From contig CAWDEM010000008.1 in NCBI GenBank assembly GCA_963801355.1, positions 1,344,001 to 1,408,000 on the forward strand: a stretch of DNA of 64,000 bases, in the 5' to 3' direction. The DNA comes from Ignavibacteriota bacterium (GTDB taxonomy: Bacteria > Bacteroidota > Ignavibacteria > UBA10030 > UBA6906). The stretch's first letter is position 1, and each line of letters begins with the position of its first letter. Under the pieces are notes generated by a model that saw nothing but the letters and a program-made list of their open reading frames with translations, was not told where the DNA came from and did not search any database. A program made the translations under genes and the position numbers. Shown here piece after piece: positions 47,799 through 57,951 of this stretch.

Positions 47799-48436
47799 CT
47801 TTCCACCTCGAGGTTCTCAGCAGACGCCAGCACGTTGCGTTAAGCCGGCTCGGCCCCGTCATGTCTGCGATGGACTTCTCCCTTGCCGGTGGAACAGCAC
47901 TTGCACTCTACCTGGGGCACCGGCGCTCCATAGATTTCGACTGGTTCACCGGCAAGAGAATGCCCGACGTTTTGAAGTTTGCACAGACGGTCCGGGAGCA
48001 TGGAGTACCGCTGACCGTGCAGCAAGTTGATCGTGGGACGCTCCACGCATCCGTCCTCGGAGTGCGCACATCTTTCTTCGAATACAACTACCCGAGGCTG
48101 AAAGCACCGGTCGCTTTCAAGATGCATGGCTGTCTGCTTGCGTCACTCGACGATATCGCCTGCATGAAACTCTCAGCCGTTGCGCAGCGAGGGACAAAAA
48201 AGGATTTCGTCGACATCTTCGCGCTTCTCAAGACCCACACCACACTGTCCAGAATGCTCACACTTTACCGGCAGAAGTATTCAGTCTCTGACGTTCTGCA
48301 CATCCTTCATGCTCTTGTGTATTTCGACGATGCCGAAACCGAGCGAATGCCAAGAATGATCTGGAATGCAGAGTGGTCTGACATCAGGAACCGAATACGC
48401 AGAGCCGTTCAGCGCTTGGCCAATGAGAAAGAGTGA
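47774..48436 (+). CDS. AbiEii/AbiGii-family nucleotidyltransferase
   Basis: LAGGTALALYLGHRRSIDFDWF, DIACMKL, RGTKKDFVD. Confidence 0.9.
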   Translation: MASKNRRIAFHLEVLSRRQHVALSRLGPVMSAMDFSLAGGTALALYLGHRRSIDFDWFTGKRMPDVLKFAQTVREHGVPLTVQQVDRGTLHASVLGVRTSFFEYNYPRLKAPVAFKMHGCLLASLDDIACMKLSAVAQRGTKKDFVDIFALLKTHTTLSRMLTLYRQKYSVSDVLHILHALVYFDDAETERMPRMIWNAEWSDIRNRIRRAVQRLANEKE

Positions 48437-48484
48437 TGGGATAAATGTGAAGAACGACTGAATCACGATGCAGTGGAGTACTCC

Positions 48485-49360
48485 ATGCATAGGAAATCCG
48501 CTGTAGTGCTGGGAACATTGCTCCTCCTGGTTCTCCCTCTGACAGCAAGTGCCGCCGATGCAGACACGACCGCCCAGATCTACAGGGTCACATTGTCGGA
48601 TGGTTCTGCGTTCGTGGGCACCATCGTTTCTTCGACTTCGGACTCGTTGATTTTTCAGACGGGGTCCGGAATCAGGATGACATTGCCACGCAGCGCCGTT
48701 ACGCGCACCGAACGTTTGCGGGGTTCCATGGAAGAAGGTGTGTACCGGCGTGTCGATCCAAACGGATCCCGACTTCTCTTCGGTCCCACGGCCCGACCTC
48801 TCAGAGCGGGAGACGGATATTTCGCAGCGTACGAGATTTTCTTCACCTATGCGGCCGTGGGTATAGCCAATGTTGTTTCGCTGGGAGGAGGAATGACTAT
48901 CTTCCCAGGTGCCTCTAATCAGCTCTTCTACCTGTCTCCCAAGGTGGCATTGACCACGGCGGACGAAATGATCAGCGGCGCCGTTGGCGCATTCTACATG
49001 AATGCACTCTCAAGCTCCTCTGATGGTTTGGGGATTGTCTATGGGATAGGAACATACGGGACGCCGAAGGCCGGATTGACCTTCGGACTCGGATACGGAT
49101 ACTCCGAAGGTGAGTTCTCCAGCAACCCCGTGGTGCTCGCCGGAGGAGAAGTCCAGCTTTCCAACAGCTTCAAACTGATTTCGGAAAACTGGTTCCCGGT
49201 CGGCTCTGACTTTTCGATCCTCTCCTTTGGTTTCCGTTTCTTCGGGGACAACCTCGCGGCTGACCTCGGGTTCTTCTACCCGATGCACAACGGCTCGGGG
49301 ATCTCTGAAGGCTTTCCTTTCATCCCGTGGCTCGGGTTTGCCTACAATTTTGGACGATAG
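48485..49360 (+). CDS. Exported protein with a probable C-terminal outer-membrane beta-barrel
   Basis: GGAG upstream of ATG 48485, signal ASA|A, Gly/aromatic-rich strands ending PWLGFAYNFGR. Confidence 0.7.
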   Translation: MHRKSAVVLGTLLLLVLPLTASAADADTTAQIYRVTLSDGSAFVGTIVSSTSDSLIFQTGSGIRMTLPRSAVTRTERLRGSMEEGVYRRVDPNGSRLLFGPTARPLRAGDGYFAAYEIFFTYAAVGIANVVSLGGGMTIFPGASNQLFYLSPKVALTTADEMISGAVGAFYMNALSSSSDGLGIVYGIGTYGTPKAGLTFGLGYGYSEGEFSSNPVVLAGGEVQLSNSFKLISENWFPVGSDFSILSFGFRFFGDNLAADLGFFYPMHNGSGISEGFPFIPWLGFAYNFGR

Positions 49361-49374
49361 GCTGGTCCTGGCAC

Positions 49375-50461
49375 TCACGCAGCGACGGCACTCTTTCGCC
49401 TTCTCATGACCCCGGCAATACTCATCGATGCGACAATCAGCAGCAACAAGGCCGAGATGCCTACGGCCCACCAATTCACGACACGTGACTCAACCCACAT
49501 GTCATAGTCGGTGATGTACAACGCTCCTTCGAATCCCTCCCATGAGACCATATTCCCGTTGACCGACGGGGCGTTGGTGTTCGTGATCAGCCCGGGCATT
49601 TCTGTCCGCACTTTGTACCCGAAGGGAGCGAAGTTCTGGACAAACACCCGTTGTTTCTCCAGATGCGCGATGGCGTCCGATGTTCCTGGCAGCCGCGTTC
49701 AACGCCAAAGGATTCTGCAGAACACGCGCAAATTCCTGCCCCATCGTGTTGAGATCCCGGGCTCTCCCCTTCCTATCCGCAAACGTGCTGAATTGTACCC
49801 CTGTCGCGCGGAACAGATCCTCTTTGCGGCCCACAACGGAATCCACCGTCAAAGCAGGATCACCAAGCTCACGTACTCCCTCCAGAAAGGTCTTGTAGTA
49901 CGCCTCGAACCAGTTCCGTGAGTCCCACTCGTTGTAACGGTCTTCCGCGTCTGAGACAGCAAGACTGTCACCCCTCGTCGGAAACTTTTCCTTCTGCAGT
50001 TCGTGCCGCATGAACATGTCGAGTTCTGCAGGGGAAACGTAATCTGATAGAGGGACCTCATTCACATTGTGCAATCTCGACCAGGTCTCATTGTAACGGA
50101 ACATTGTGAAGAACCAGTTGAACCGGGTTTCCAGGCGGGGCGTGATTGTCACGCTCATGCCCGGGGTCCCTCGTAAGGCCCGTGCCATATCCTCAACCGT
50201 GGCAAATTCGTGGCGGGCTGTCAGGATGTATTTTCTTTCCTCCCACCGGCTCTCCAGTGTCCAGGAGGAATCGATCCCGAGGATTATGCGTGCACCGGGA
50301 ACTCCTGCTGAATCGCCGGAGAGTACGACGCTGCGATTCAGGGATTCGTCACGACGAACCTGAGTCGTTGTTTCGATCTCCAGGCAGCCGGGTGTTGTAA
50401 TGACAACGAGTCCGGCAAGTGCCGCGACACTGAACGATCGAACCCGCATCGGGCTCTTCAT
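49375..50461 (-). pseudogene. Lipoprotein with a C-terminal membrane anchor, split by a +1 frameshift near 49681 (pseudogene or sequencing error)
   Basis: ORFs 49502-50461 and 49375-49647 join as ...AARN-SDAIAHLEKQRVFVQNF... if one base is removed. Lipobox TPG|C. Confidence 0.7.
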
Positions 50462-51180
50462 CCCGCACCTCCCTTTCGTGATAAGTGAAAAACAGGAATC
50501 GCACGTTGCTGCACAGCACGGGATATAACTTCGATGGTCCCAGCATCCAACGCGGCGCCTTCCGCCATCCGCGGGGCAAAGTGCAGCGTCTGCGCCACGG
50601 TCTCCTGCAACAACCGCGCCTCTTCCTTCGTGACAAGTATGCCGTTGTTGCTGTCCACCGTCACCCGGCCACCCAAGGCTTCAAGGATTTCCCGTGAACG
50701 GGGAATCCGCGACAACGCCTCTGCATCCAGCACAAAAGCCGCCTGGATCATACCCGCACGATCCCGGCGGAGCGACATGCTTGCTTCGAGGTTTGAAACG
50801 TCGCTCATCAACGAGTACTGTTGATACAATAGGGTGCCAACGATCGCTGTCACCAGCAGTGCGAAGGCGAACCGGAGGCGAGGCTGATTGACTCTGAGGG
50901 CAAGCACATCCAGGAAGCCCCGGATCCCTGTGCGGGAAACCGGATGCTTTCCGCGGCCGACGGCAAGGAGTATGCGCTTGACTGCGGCGTCCGCGTCCGG
51001 AGCTTCAGGCTTCATGGCACGAAGGTGCGCAATCTGCCGGTCGTCCGAGGCGAGCTTTTCCTTGAGCGCTGTGCATCGCGGGCAGTCTCGCAGGTGCGAT
51101 TCCAGTGCGGCCTGATCGAACTGGCTCAATTCTCCCGGCCTGTGAAGAAAAAGCCATTTCTCATATTGTTCACAACTCAT
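50458..51180 (-). CDS. Zinc-finger anti-sigma factor
   Basis: MSCE...HLRDCPRC (HxxxCxxC) and one TM helix. ATGA overlap with the sigma gene. Confidence 0.82.
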   Translation of the reverse strand: MSCEQYEKWLFLHRPGELSQFDQAALESHLRDCPRCTALKEKLASDDRQIAHLRAMKPEAPDADAAVKRILLAVGRGKHPVSRTGIRGFLDVLALRVNQPRLRFAFALLVTAIVGTLLYQQYSLMSDVSNLEASMSLRRDRAGMIQAAFVLDAEALSRIPRSREILEALGGRVTVDSNNGILVTKEEARLLQETVAQTLHFAPRMAEGAALDAGTIEVISRAVQQRAIPVFHLSRKGGAG

Positions 51181-51755
51181 GGCATTCTCCTCTGCATATC
51201 GTACTCCTTCTCGAGCCGCCCCCGGAGCCGCTTTCGTGCGTAGTGGAGATTGGACCGGACGCTTTCGCTGGAGAGACCCGTACAATCGCACACCTCTTGA
51301 ATCGAAAGATCCTGGATATCACGAAGTGTAAACACCAGCTTCTGTGTTTCCGGCAAGTCTCCCGCAAGACGTTCTATCAATTCGACCATGTCACGGTTGC
51401 CCGTCAGTACCTCAGGATTCCCGGTGTCAGAGGCATCTCCTGCCGGGATGTCTTCCGGAACGCGAACGGCCGTCACGGGTCTGCGCTTTCTGGACCGTAT
51501 CAAATCGAGAGACAGATTAGTCACGATCTGGTAGAGCCAGGTCGTGAACCTTGTGTTCGGATCAAACCGGTGCAAGTTCTTCCAGATCCTCACAAACGCC
51601 TCCTGCGTGACGTCATCCGCATCCGATTCGTCAAGAACAAGTCTCAGCGCCAGTGCATATGCATAGGAGAAGTGTGCCCGCACCACCCGGGCGAAAGCGT
51701 TCATATCTCCTTGCTGACTACTGTATATGTCTGCGGTGGTTGCGGTCTCAGCCAT
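51177..51755 (-). CDS. ECF RNA polymerase sigma factor
   Basis: DADDVTQEAF, FTTWLYQI, region 4 LPxxQxxVFxLR...VRSNLHYARKRL. Start is approximate. Confidence 0.93.
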   Translation of the reverse strand: MAETATTADIYSSQQGDMNAFARVVRAHFSYAYALALRLVLDESDADDVTQEAFVRIWKNLHRFDPNTRFTTWLYQIVTNLSLDLIRSRKRRPVTAVRVPEDIPAGDASDTGNPEVLTGNRDMVELIERLAGDLPETQKLVFTLRDIQDLSIQEVCDCTGLSSESVRSNLHYARKRLRGRLEKEYDMQRRMP

Positions 51756-51933
51756 GCCCGTCCGGTCCAAGTGTACACCCGGTATTGTAACGATCGGCAA
51801 GCAAAAATGTTATATGTGGGTGGACTATGTGATGTCCTATCATTAATTTATCCCAACAGCAACATGCGCATCAGCTGCCAATCAGAGAGGCAGACGACAA
51901 TTCACCAACCAGACTCCGGAGAGCATTTCCGCC

Positions 51934-53037
51934 ATGCACAAGCTTCTCTTTTCCTTGTTTCTTCTATCGTCGATCGCATTATCCCAACAGTCCACACCAT
52001 TGAATCCCCCGGCATCCCCGGATACCATCACCTGGCACACGGTATCCAGCTGGGGTGTAGAGGGCCGCGGCTGGAGCGACGTAAAACGATTCTACGACCG
52101 TCTCCCGGCCAGGGCGGAAGGCGTGGTGCGTGACAAGGTGTGGGACCTCTCGCGGCATAGCGCGGGGATGAGCTGCCGATTCACGACCGACGCCCCCGAA
52201 ATCCAGGTGCGTTACACTCTCCTCAACTCAAGCATCGGCAAGCCCCATATGCCGGCCACAGGTGTAAGCGGAGTGGATCTCTACACACGCCTGGAGGATG
52301 GCCAGTGGCGATGGATCGGCACCACTCTGCCGAGAGAACCCCGGGTGTTCGCAACAATAATCCGGGAGATGAGACGCGAACAGCGGACATTCCAGTTGAA
52401 CCTTCCTCTCTACAACGGCATCGATTCACTGGAAATCGGTGTGACCCGCGGTGCAACATTTGAGTCAATAGCTCCGCGTGTGGAGAAGATGGTGGTGTTC
52501 TACGGGACATCGATCATGCAGGGTGCCTGCGCTTCGCGGCCGGGCATGGCAATCCCCGCCATCCTGGGACGACGACTGAACATTCCTGTGATCAACCTCG
52601 GATTCAGCGGCAACGGAAAATTGGAGCCGGAGATAGGAAAACTCATGACGGAGCTCGATGCGGCTGTGTTTGTTCTGGATTGCCTCCCCAACCTCACGGC
52701 GGAAGAAACTGCCGCGAGAGCGGAGCCGTTCGTTCGCCTTTTGCGCCAGGCAAAGCCCGCAACGCCGATCGTGCTCGTCGAAGACCGTGTGTTCCCGAAC
52801 GCTGTTGTGCAGCCGGGCCGTCAAGAGGAACACGCAAAAAGACACAAGGCGCTTCGCGAAGCCTTCAATCGCCTCATCGCCTCGGGTGTACAAAACCTGT
52901 ACTATCTGGAAGGTGATGGCCTGCTCGGGCAAGACGGTGATGCAACCGTGGACGGTTCGCATCCATCGGACCTGGGAATGATCCGTTATGCAGAGGCATA
53001 TGAGAAGATACTCCGGCCGATAGTGAAGGGCCGCTGA
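51934..53037 (+). CDS. Secreted SGNH/GDSL esterase (GxDLY-type N-terminal domain)
   Basis: Signal peptide, SGVDLY, YGTSIMQG, NLGFSG, DGSHP. Confidence 0.9.
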   Translation: MHKLLFSLFLLSSIALSQQSTPLNPPASPDTITWHTVSSWGVEGRGWSDVKRFYDRLPARAEGVVRDKVWDLSRHSAGMSCRFTTDAPEIQVRYTLLNSSIGKPHMPATGVSGVDLYTRLEDGQWRWIGTTLPREPRVFATIIREMRREQRTFQLNLPLYNGIDSLEIGVTRGATFESIAPRVEKMVVFYGTSIMQGACASRPGMAIPAILGRRLNIPVINLGFSGNGKLEPEIGKLMTELDAAVFVLDCLPNLTAEETAARAEPFVRLLRQAKPATPIVLVEDRVFPNAVVQPGRQEEHAKRHKALREAFNRLIASGVQNLYYLEGDGLLGQDGDATVDGSHPSDLGMIRYAEAYEKILRPIVKGR

Positions 53038-53064
53038 ACATTGATGCAGATCAACGCCGCACAC

Positions 53065-53097
53065 AAAAAAAACCCCTTCGGGATCAAAGGGGTTTTT
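53065..53097. terminator. Bidirectional rho-independent terminator
   Basis: A-tract-CCCCTT-cgggatca-AAGGGG-TTTTT between convergent genes. Confidence 0.8.
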
Positions 53098-53116
53098 CTG
53101 CCGCCCAAACCGAAGA

Positions 53117-53488
53117 TCACTTCTCCTTCGGCTCTTCCTTCTGCACTTTCTCCGGCATTCCCGGGGGCGGACCACCTCTCATCTTCTCATACTGCAGATA
53201 CTGCGTCTCTGTGAGAATGCTTTTCAGTTTGAGGTTCCGCTCTTCACGCCTCTTCTCCCTCGCTGCGCGCATCGCTTCACGATCAAACTGTCCGTCGGCC
53301 GGACGCTGCGGCATGTTCTTCTGTTCTTCCAAGAAAAGATTAAGCACCTTGGCCTTCTGCTCACTGGTCAAAGACAGCTGCTTCGCCATCTGGTCGACTC
53401 GTTCCTGCGGCGTCATGCGTTGAGGCTGGGCAAACGCCGTGACAGCCACGAGAAACGCCATCCCAAGAACCACAGTTGGAATCCTCAT
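53117..53488 (-). CDS. Small periplasmic Spy/CpxP-like (LTxxQ) protein
   Basis: AGGAGG upstream, signal AFA|Q, LSLTSEQ and ILTETQY motifs. Confidence 0.8.
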   Translation of the reverse strand: MRIPTVVLGMAFLVAVTAFAQPQRMTPQERVDQMAKQLSLTSEQKAKVLNLFLEEQKNMPQRPADGQFDREAMRAAREKRREERNLKLKSILTETQYLQYEKMRGGPPPGMPEKVQKEEPKEK

Positions 53489-53644
53489 TTACTCCTCCTT
53501 TGTTGATCGTAGATTAGACCATCGAGATTGCGCAGCGGTTTAATCATGACCTGCCGTCAGTGGCACGAATCCGGCCGGAACAAAGGGAGAGAAATCTCCC
53601 GGACCCGATGAGCGGCGACATGAGACAATCGAGACTTGTGGATC

Positions 53645-54310
53645 TTATGCCACACTCCTATTCAAATACTCCACGGCATCGTGCGGATTGTGTGAGGTGA
53701 AATCAGCGCCGATGCGCGTACAAAATTCATGTGTGATGGGAGCACCACCGACCATTATTTTCATGTCAGGATAAGCTTCCTTGATGGCACGGACACTCTT
53801 TTCCATGTTGGGCATGGTGATCGTGAGCAACGCAGAAAGCCCTACGATACAGCCCGGGTGCTGTGCAAGCGTGGCCAGGAACTTGCTGGTCGGCACATCC
53901 ACGCCAAGATCGATCACTTCAAACCCACCCCCTGTGACAATCATCGCGACGAGGTTCTTGCCGATGTCGTGCAAATCGCCGGACACGGTGCCGATGACAA
54001 ATTTGCCTTTGCGTTTCACCTCACCCGATGCCAGGAACGGCTTGATGTGTTTCAACACAGCATTCATCGCCGCAGCGGAAATCACCAGATTGGTCACAGC
54101 GGCTCTGTTCTCGCTGAACTCTTTCCCGATTTTATCCATTCCCAGCATACAACCTTGCAGGAGGACGCCCGGCTGAATGCCGTTCTTCAGTGCTTCCGCA
54201 GCAACCTCATCAGCACCGTCTTGATCCTTCATGTCAGGGGGATACGGTGCAGATCTGTAGACTTTCCCACGGGCGATGCACATGGCGATTCGATCGACAT
54301 ACTCTTGCAT
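53645..54310 (-). CDS. Cobalamin-binding (corrinoid) methyl-carrier protein
   Basis: Cap domain plus GDLHDIGKN (DxHxxG), DLGVDV, SALL and GGAP. Start ATG 54310. Confidence 0.92.
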   Translation of the reverse strand: MQEYVDRIAMCIARGKVYRSAPYPPDMKDQDGADEVAAEALKNGIQPGVLLQGCMLGMDKIGKEFSENRAAVTNLVISAAAMNAVLKHIKPFLASGEVKRKGKFVIGTVSGDLHDIGKNLVAMIVTGGGFEVIDLGVDVPTSKFLATLAQHPGCIVGLSALLTITMPNMEKSVRAIKEAYPDMKIMVGGAPITHEFCTRIGADFTSHNPHDAVEYLNRSVA

Positions 54311-54321
54311 AATCCCTCTGC

Positions 54322-55218
54322 TTAGTGTGCAACAAGGAGACCGGCTTCTTTCACTATCGTTGGAGTGATGCTTTCCCACAGCGAAGGCATGATGTGGATT
54401 CCGCGTACGCCACGCATGCCCTTCAGCACCCGGAGCATTTCAACCGCGATTCTGACGCCTTCTTCTTGCGGATCGCGGGCCTGGCTCATCCTGATGATAT
54501 AGTCGTTATGTATCCTCACGCCGGGCAGTTTCTCTTTCATCCAGAGCAACGTCTTCACCGATCGCACAGGCATCACCCCGGGGAGAATCGCCGCCTGTTC
54601 ATGAAGCCCCATCTCGACCGCCCGTTCCATCCAGCGGGTGAATATCCCCATGTCAAAGACAGGCTGTGTTTGAATAAAATGCGCGCCGGCGGCAATCTTC
54701 TTGTGCAACCGTATCAGGCGCATTTCAAATGGTTCCGCGAAGGGATTTGCCGCGGCACCGATGAGAAATTCCGTCGGCTTCTTCATTTCGGAACCGGAGA
54801 GCAGGAACCCGCTGTTCATGTTGGCCACGGCAGCGATGAGCTGGATGGAATCAAGGTCAAACACACCTTTGGCTTCGGGTTCGTCGCCAAATGACTGATA
54901 GTCGCCTGTCAGACACAGCACATTGCGAATACCCAACGCGGCGGCACCCAGAAGATCACTTTGCATCGCCAATCTGTTGCGATCCCGGCACGTCATCTGC
55001 ACGATCGGCTCGATGCCTTCGTCCAGGAGTATCTTTGCCGAGGCAAGGCTTGAGAGGCGGACGATAGCTCTCTGGTTGTCGGTGACGTTCACCGCATCCA
55101 CAAAGCCCTTGAAATGGCGCGATTTGTCCCTGATGACGTCGCCATCACAGCTCTGCGGCGGGCCGATTTCCCCGCACACGACAAACTGATGCGATTCAAT
55201 TTTTTCCCGCAGGCCCAT
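54322..55218 (-). CDS. metF: Methylenetetrahydrofolate reductase, MetF-type
   Basis: EIGPP, NVTDN, TCRDRNR, LTGD, KIxAGAxFIQTQPVFD, GIHIM. Confidence 0.9.
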   Translation of the reverse strand: MGLREKIESHQFVVCGEIGPPQSCDGDVIRDKSRHFKGFVDAVNVTDNQRAIVRLSSLASAKILLDEGIEPIVQMTCRDRNRLAMQSDLLGAAALGIRNVLCLTGDYQSFGDEPEAKGVFDLDSIQLIAAVANMNSGFLLSGSEMKKPTEFLIGAAANPFAEPFEMRLIRLHKKIAAGAHFIQTQPVFDMGIFTRWMERAVEMGLHEQAAILPGVMPVRSVKTLLWMKEKLPGVRIHNDYIIRMSQARDPQEEGVRIAVEMLRVLKGMRGVRGIHIMPSLWESITPTIVKEAGLLVAH

Positions 55219-55717
55219 CAGAGATGATTTCCTTCACCCGTTGCTTGTCGTGCCGGACAAACAGTATTGCCCCCTTCGTGCGCTTCGTAAAGACATTCAG
55301 CCATGCCGATGTCCCTTCGAAGTTCCAGTTGTGGATGCCGTTCATCTTGTACAGCAGGCTCATGCGATGCAGTAGTGTTGACCGTTGGTAGATTTTGTAC
55401 CATACGCACTTCCGATCGGGATACACTTCGCACGATCCGTCCTCGCGGGTGCCTCCACAGGGACCGTTGCGCAGCCGTTTCGGACAATTCTGGGAGCAGA
55501 CGAATGCGGTCGAGGACAGGATGCACTCACCGCAGCGCTGACAGCGGAATAACGGCACTTTTACAAGGTTTTCGAAAAAGAGCATAGCACGGGAGAGCGT
55601 TCGCCCGCGTGCCGAAATGGGGCGTTTGTTCAATGTCGCCATGTCGCTCAACATCTTCGGTTTCCTGAACTCCGCCGGTGCGTTATTGCTGTTCTTTTGA
55701 TATTGGGGGATATGCAT
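55196..55717 (-). CDS. MetV-like Cys-rich MTHFR partner (MTHFR C-terminal-type domain)
   Basis: CQRCGEC...CSQNCPKxLRNGPCGG...CE...C (8 Cys). Overlaps metF; start is uncertain. Confidence 0.8.
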   Translation of the reverse strand: MHIPQYQKNSNNAPAEFRKPKMLSDMATLNKRPISARGRTLSRAMLFFENLVKVPLFRCQRCGECILSSTAFVCSQNCPKRLRNGPCGGTREDGSCEVYPDRKCVWYKIYQRSTLLHRMSLLYKMNGIHNWNFEGTSAWLNVFTKRTKGAILFVRHDKQRVKEIISDGPAGKN

Positions 55718-55774
55718 TCTTCAATCCATAACTCCGACATCACGTGGCCGCCATCAACGCGACCTGCCCGCTCA

Positions 55775-56647
55775 TCAGGAGAGATACAGCATCACTCTCA
55801 TGATGGCTTCAACTCCCTCCAGTTTCAATACATCACGCAAACATTGCATCGCGGGATCATCATCCGTCACGAGTGCATAGTGCCGTCTTGTAGAACCGAT
55901 GATGGTATTCAATCCCATCGGCATTGCCATAGTCAGAAAGGCGCTTTCAAGCGGACCTTTCGCCGGAGAGCCGTCTGCCCTCTTCGCAGGCAGCATTGCA
56001 GTGAAGTTACTCAATCCCACCGACATATTCACACCGACCAGATCTTTGTCCGAATGAATCAATGCCATCGCATCCACGAGCCGCCTGAAATCTCCTTTTG
56101 AATCGCTGCCGATGGGCATGATGCCGGGGTCAAGGATGACCTGCTCGTTGTTTAAACGCGGTATGCGTTTGCGAGCGATGTTCACCATGGCCTTCGCAGT
56201 AGCATGGATGCTGCCGGCAGTCTGATTCAGCACCATCTCACGGGAGTCATTCATTCCCTCGGTGATCAGCACAATGGGCTTGAATGGGTGCCTGGGGTAC
56301 AAATCGAACATTTCCAGCCGTGCTTCGGAAATTGAGTTCAGAATCGGGATCTGATTTCCCGCGCGTTCCACATCATACGCTTCCAGCGCGGCAGCCGCGA
56401 TGGCCGTATCAGGAGTATCTATGGAGAGCGGGAGATGGATGTGCTCCTGAATCTTCCGGATCACTGACGCCATTAACCCCGGAGAGCGAGGTCCGACATT
56501 GACATCAATGTACGCCGCTCCTTTCTCCGCTTGCTGTCTGGCCACTTCAACAATGCCATCAAGATTATTCTCTTCGAAGAGTGCATGGGTCGACGGGACA
56601 GAGTCGTTGATCGATTCGCCGATGATGGTAAGCCCAGGGATACTCAT
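55775..56647 (-). CDS. Pterin-binding methyltetrahydrofolate:corrinoid methyltransferase (AcsE/MT2-like)
   Basis: IIGESIN, GAxYIDVN, LSIDT, NSIS, DPG, GLSN. Confidence 0.88.
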   Translation of the reverse strand: MSIPGLTIIGESINDSVPSTHALFEENNLDGIVEVARQQAEKGAAYIDVNVGPRSPGLMASVIRKIQEHIHLPLSIDTPDTAIAAAALEAYDVERAGNQIPILNSISEARLEMFDLYPRHPFKPIVLITEGMNDSREMVLNQTAGSIHATAKAMVNIARKRIPRLNNEQVILDPGIMPIGSDSKGDFRRLVDAMALIHSDKDLVGVNMSVGLSNFTAMLPAKRADGSPAKGPLESAFLTMAMPMGLNTIIGSTRRHYALVTDDDPAMQCLRDVLKLEGVEAIMRVMLYLS

Positions 56648-56771
56648 TCACTTGCCTCTCACGAGATCATACAGGGAGGGAGAACAGTAATCAGCACACT
56701 CATACGTGACGTCCACGCGTATCTTCCTTCCAGCACCATGCACGATGGAAGCAAGAAAGGAAGAGACGCTC

Positions 56772-57800
56772 CTAGCGGTTCCTCGCGGCCTCAATGAACG
56801 CTGTGATGTTTCTTGACTCAACGCCGGGGGGCATGCCTCCGCCGCAGGACAGGATTACCCTGCTTCTGTCTTGAAGGGAATTGACCAGCTCGGTTGTCAC
56901 ACGCTTCACATCCTGCGGGGTGCCGTTCGCCAGCACATCCCTCGGGGGAATATTCCCGAGTAAGGCGACCTTGTTCCCCGTCAGGGTCTTCAGCTCGTTC
57001 AGCGTGATATCGAACCCCATATTGAGGAGATTGACATTCATCTCCGGAAGGAAGGGAGCGCACACCCTGACCTGCGCGTCATTGTGGAGGAACCTGACGG
57101 AAACATCCGTCGTGAAGAGTTCCTTGAAGGCAGGAAGTCCGAACGCACGGAACTCCGCCTCCCCGAGAAACCCGATGATGTCGTCCAGAAGGAAAATGCC
57201 GTCGATCGAAGGGAATGTGTCCCGTTGCAGATCCAGCCATTGCTTCAGGAAGAGGGTGATCTTCTTGATCAACCTTTGCGCCTTTTCGGGATCCAGCATC
57301 AACATTGTGAGAAACTCAATCGTCCCCATCAAGTAGCAGGCGATGTTCAATGGTCCGCGGGCCACAGCGAATCGTATCTTATGCCCCGCCTCTTCGATCC
57401 GCGGCTGCGCAAGTCTGAGGCGATTCAAGACCAAAGGGAGCAGCCCGTCTGTTCTGGGATCCGGTGAGGGTAATGAATCGATTTCCTCGCCGGGAAGGAG
57501 CACTTTGTGCGCGTGGGGGAATTCATTCCGCGGAAATGTGCACCGCACGCCGAAGGCGGAGGGCTCCGTACACATGCCATACTCCGACCAGAATCCCGGC
57601 AGGAACATCACATCAGGAAACTCCTTGATCGCCTTCAGGTTTGCGGAGAGCCAGATTTCATCGTTCGAGAAATAGTCCAGGATGGCGGCGCCGTACCAGT
57701 TCGGCAGCCAGGGACTGTCGATGATGAAGCCAATCGGCAGGGGACTTGAGACCTCTCCCCTGACCGTCCTCAGAAGGACATCCCACTGCTGATCCGTCAT
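56772..57800 (-). CDS. UroD/MtaA-superfamily protein (putative corrinoid methyltransferase)
   Basis: RGPLNIA, MLDPE, LDDIIG, FLHND, LLGNIPP, ILSCGGGMPP...NI. Confidence 0.85.
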   Translation of the reverse strand: MTDQQWDVLLRTVRGEVSSPLPIGFIIDSPWLPNWYGAAILDYFSNDEIWLSANLKAIKEFPDVMFLPGFWSEYGMCTEPSAFGVRCTFPRNEFPHAHKVLLPGEEIDSLPSPDPRTDGLLPLVLNRLRLAQPRIEEAGHKIRFAVARGPLNIACYLMGTIEFLTMLMLDPEKAQRLIKKITLFLKQWLDLQRDTFPSIDGIFLLDDIIGFLGEAEFRAFGLPAFKELFTTDVSVRFLHNDAQVRVCAPFLPEMNVNLLNMGFDITLNELKTLTGNKVALLGNIPPRDVLANGTPQDVKRVTTELVNSLQDRSRVILSCGGGMPPGVESRNITAFIEAARNR

Positions 57801-57887
57801 CGCTCCTCCGCTTCTGCAATTCCATCAGGTCGCGCCCGGTCATTCGAACTAATGCAAGATAAACCGGAAAAGCGCCATTCGCAACAT

Positions 57888-57951
57888 GAGACCTTGAGCA
57901 GTCGAGGCCTTGTGCAGTCGAGACCTTGAGCAGTCGAGGCCTTGTGCAGTC
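57888..57951. repeat. 4x16-bp tandem repeat (two perfect 32-mers)
   Basis: (gagaccttgagcagtc gaggccttgtgcagtc)x2. Confidence 0.92.

Noticed and set aside
51105-52133. 342-aa plus-strand ORF
   Set aside because: Antisense to the ECF sigma gene and out of frame with the SGNH gene, with no motifs.
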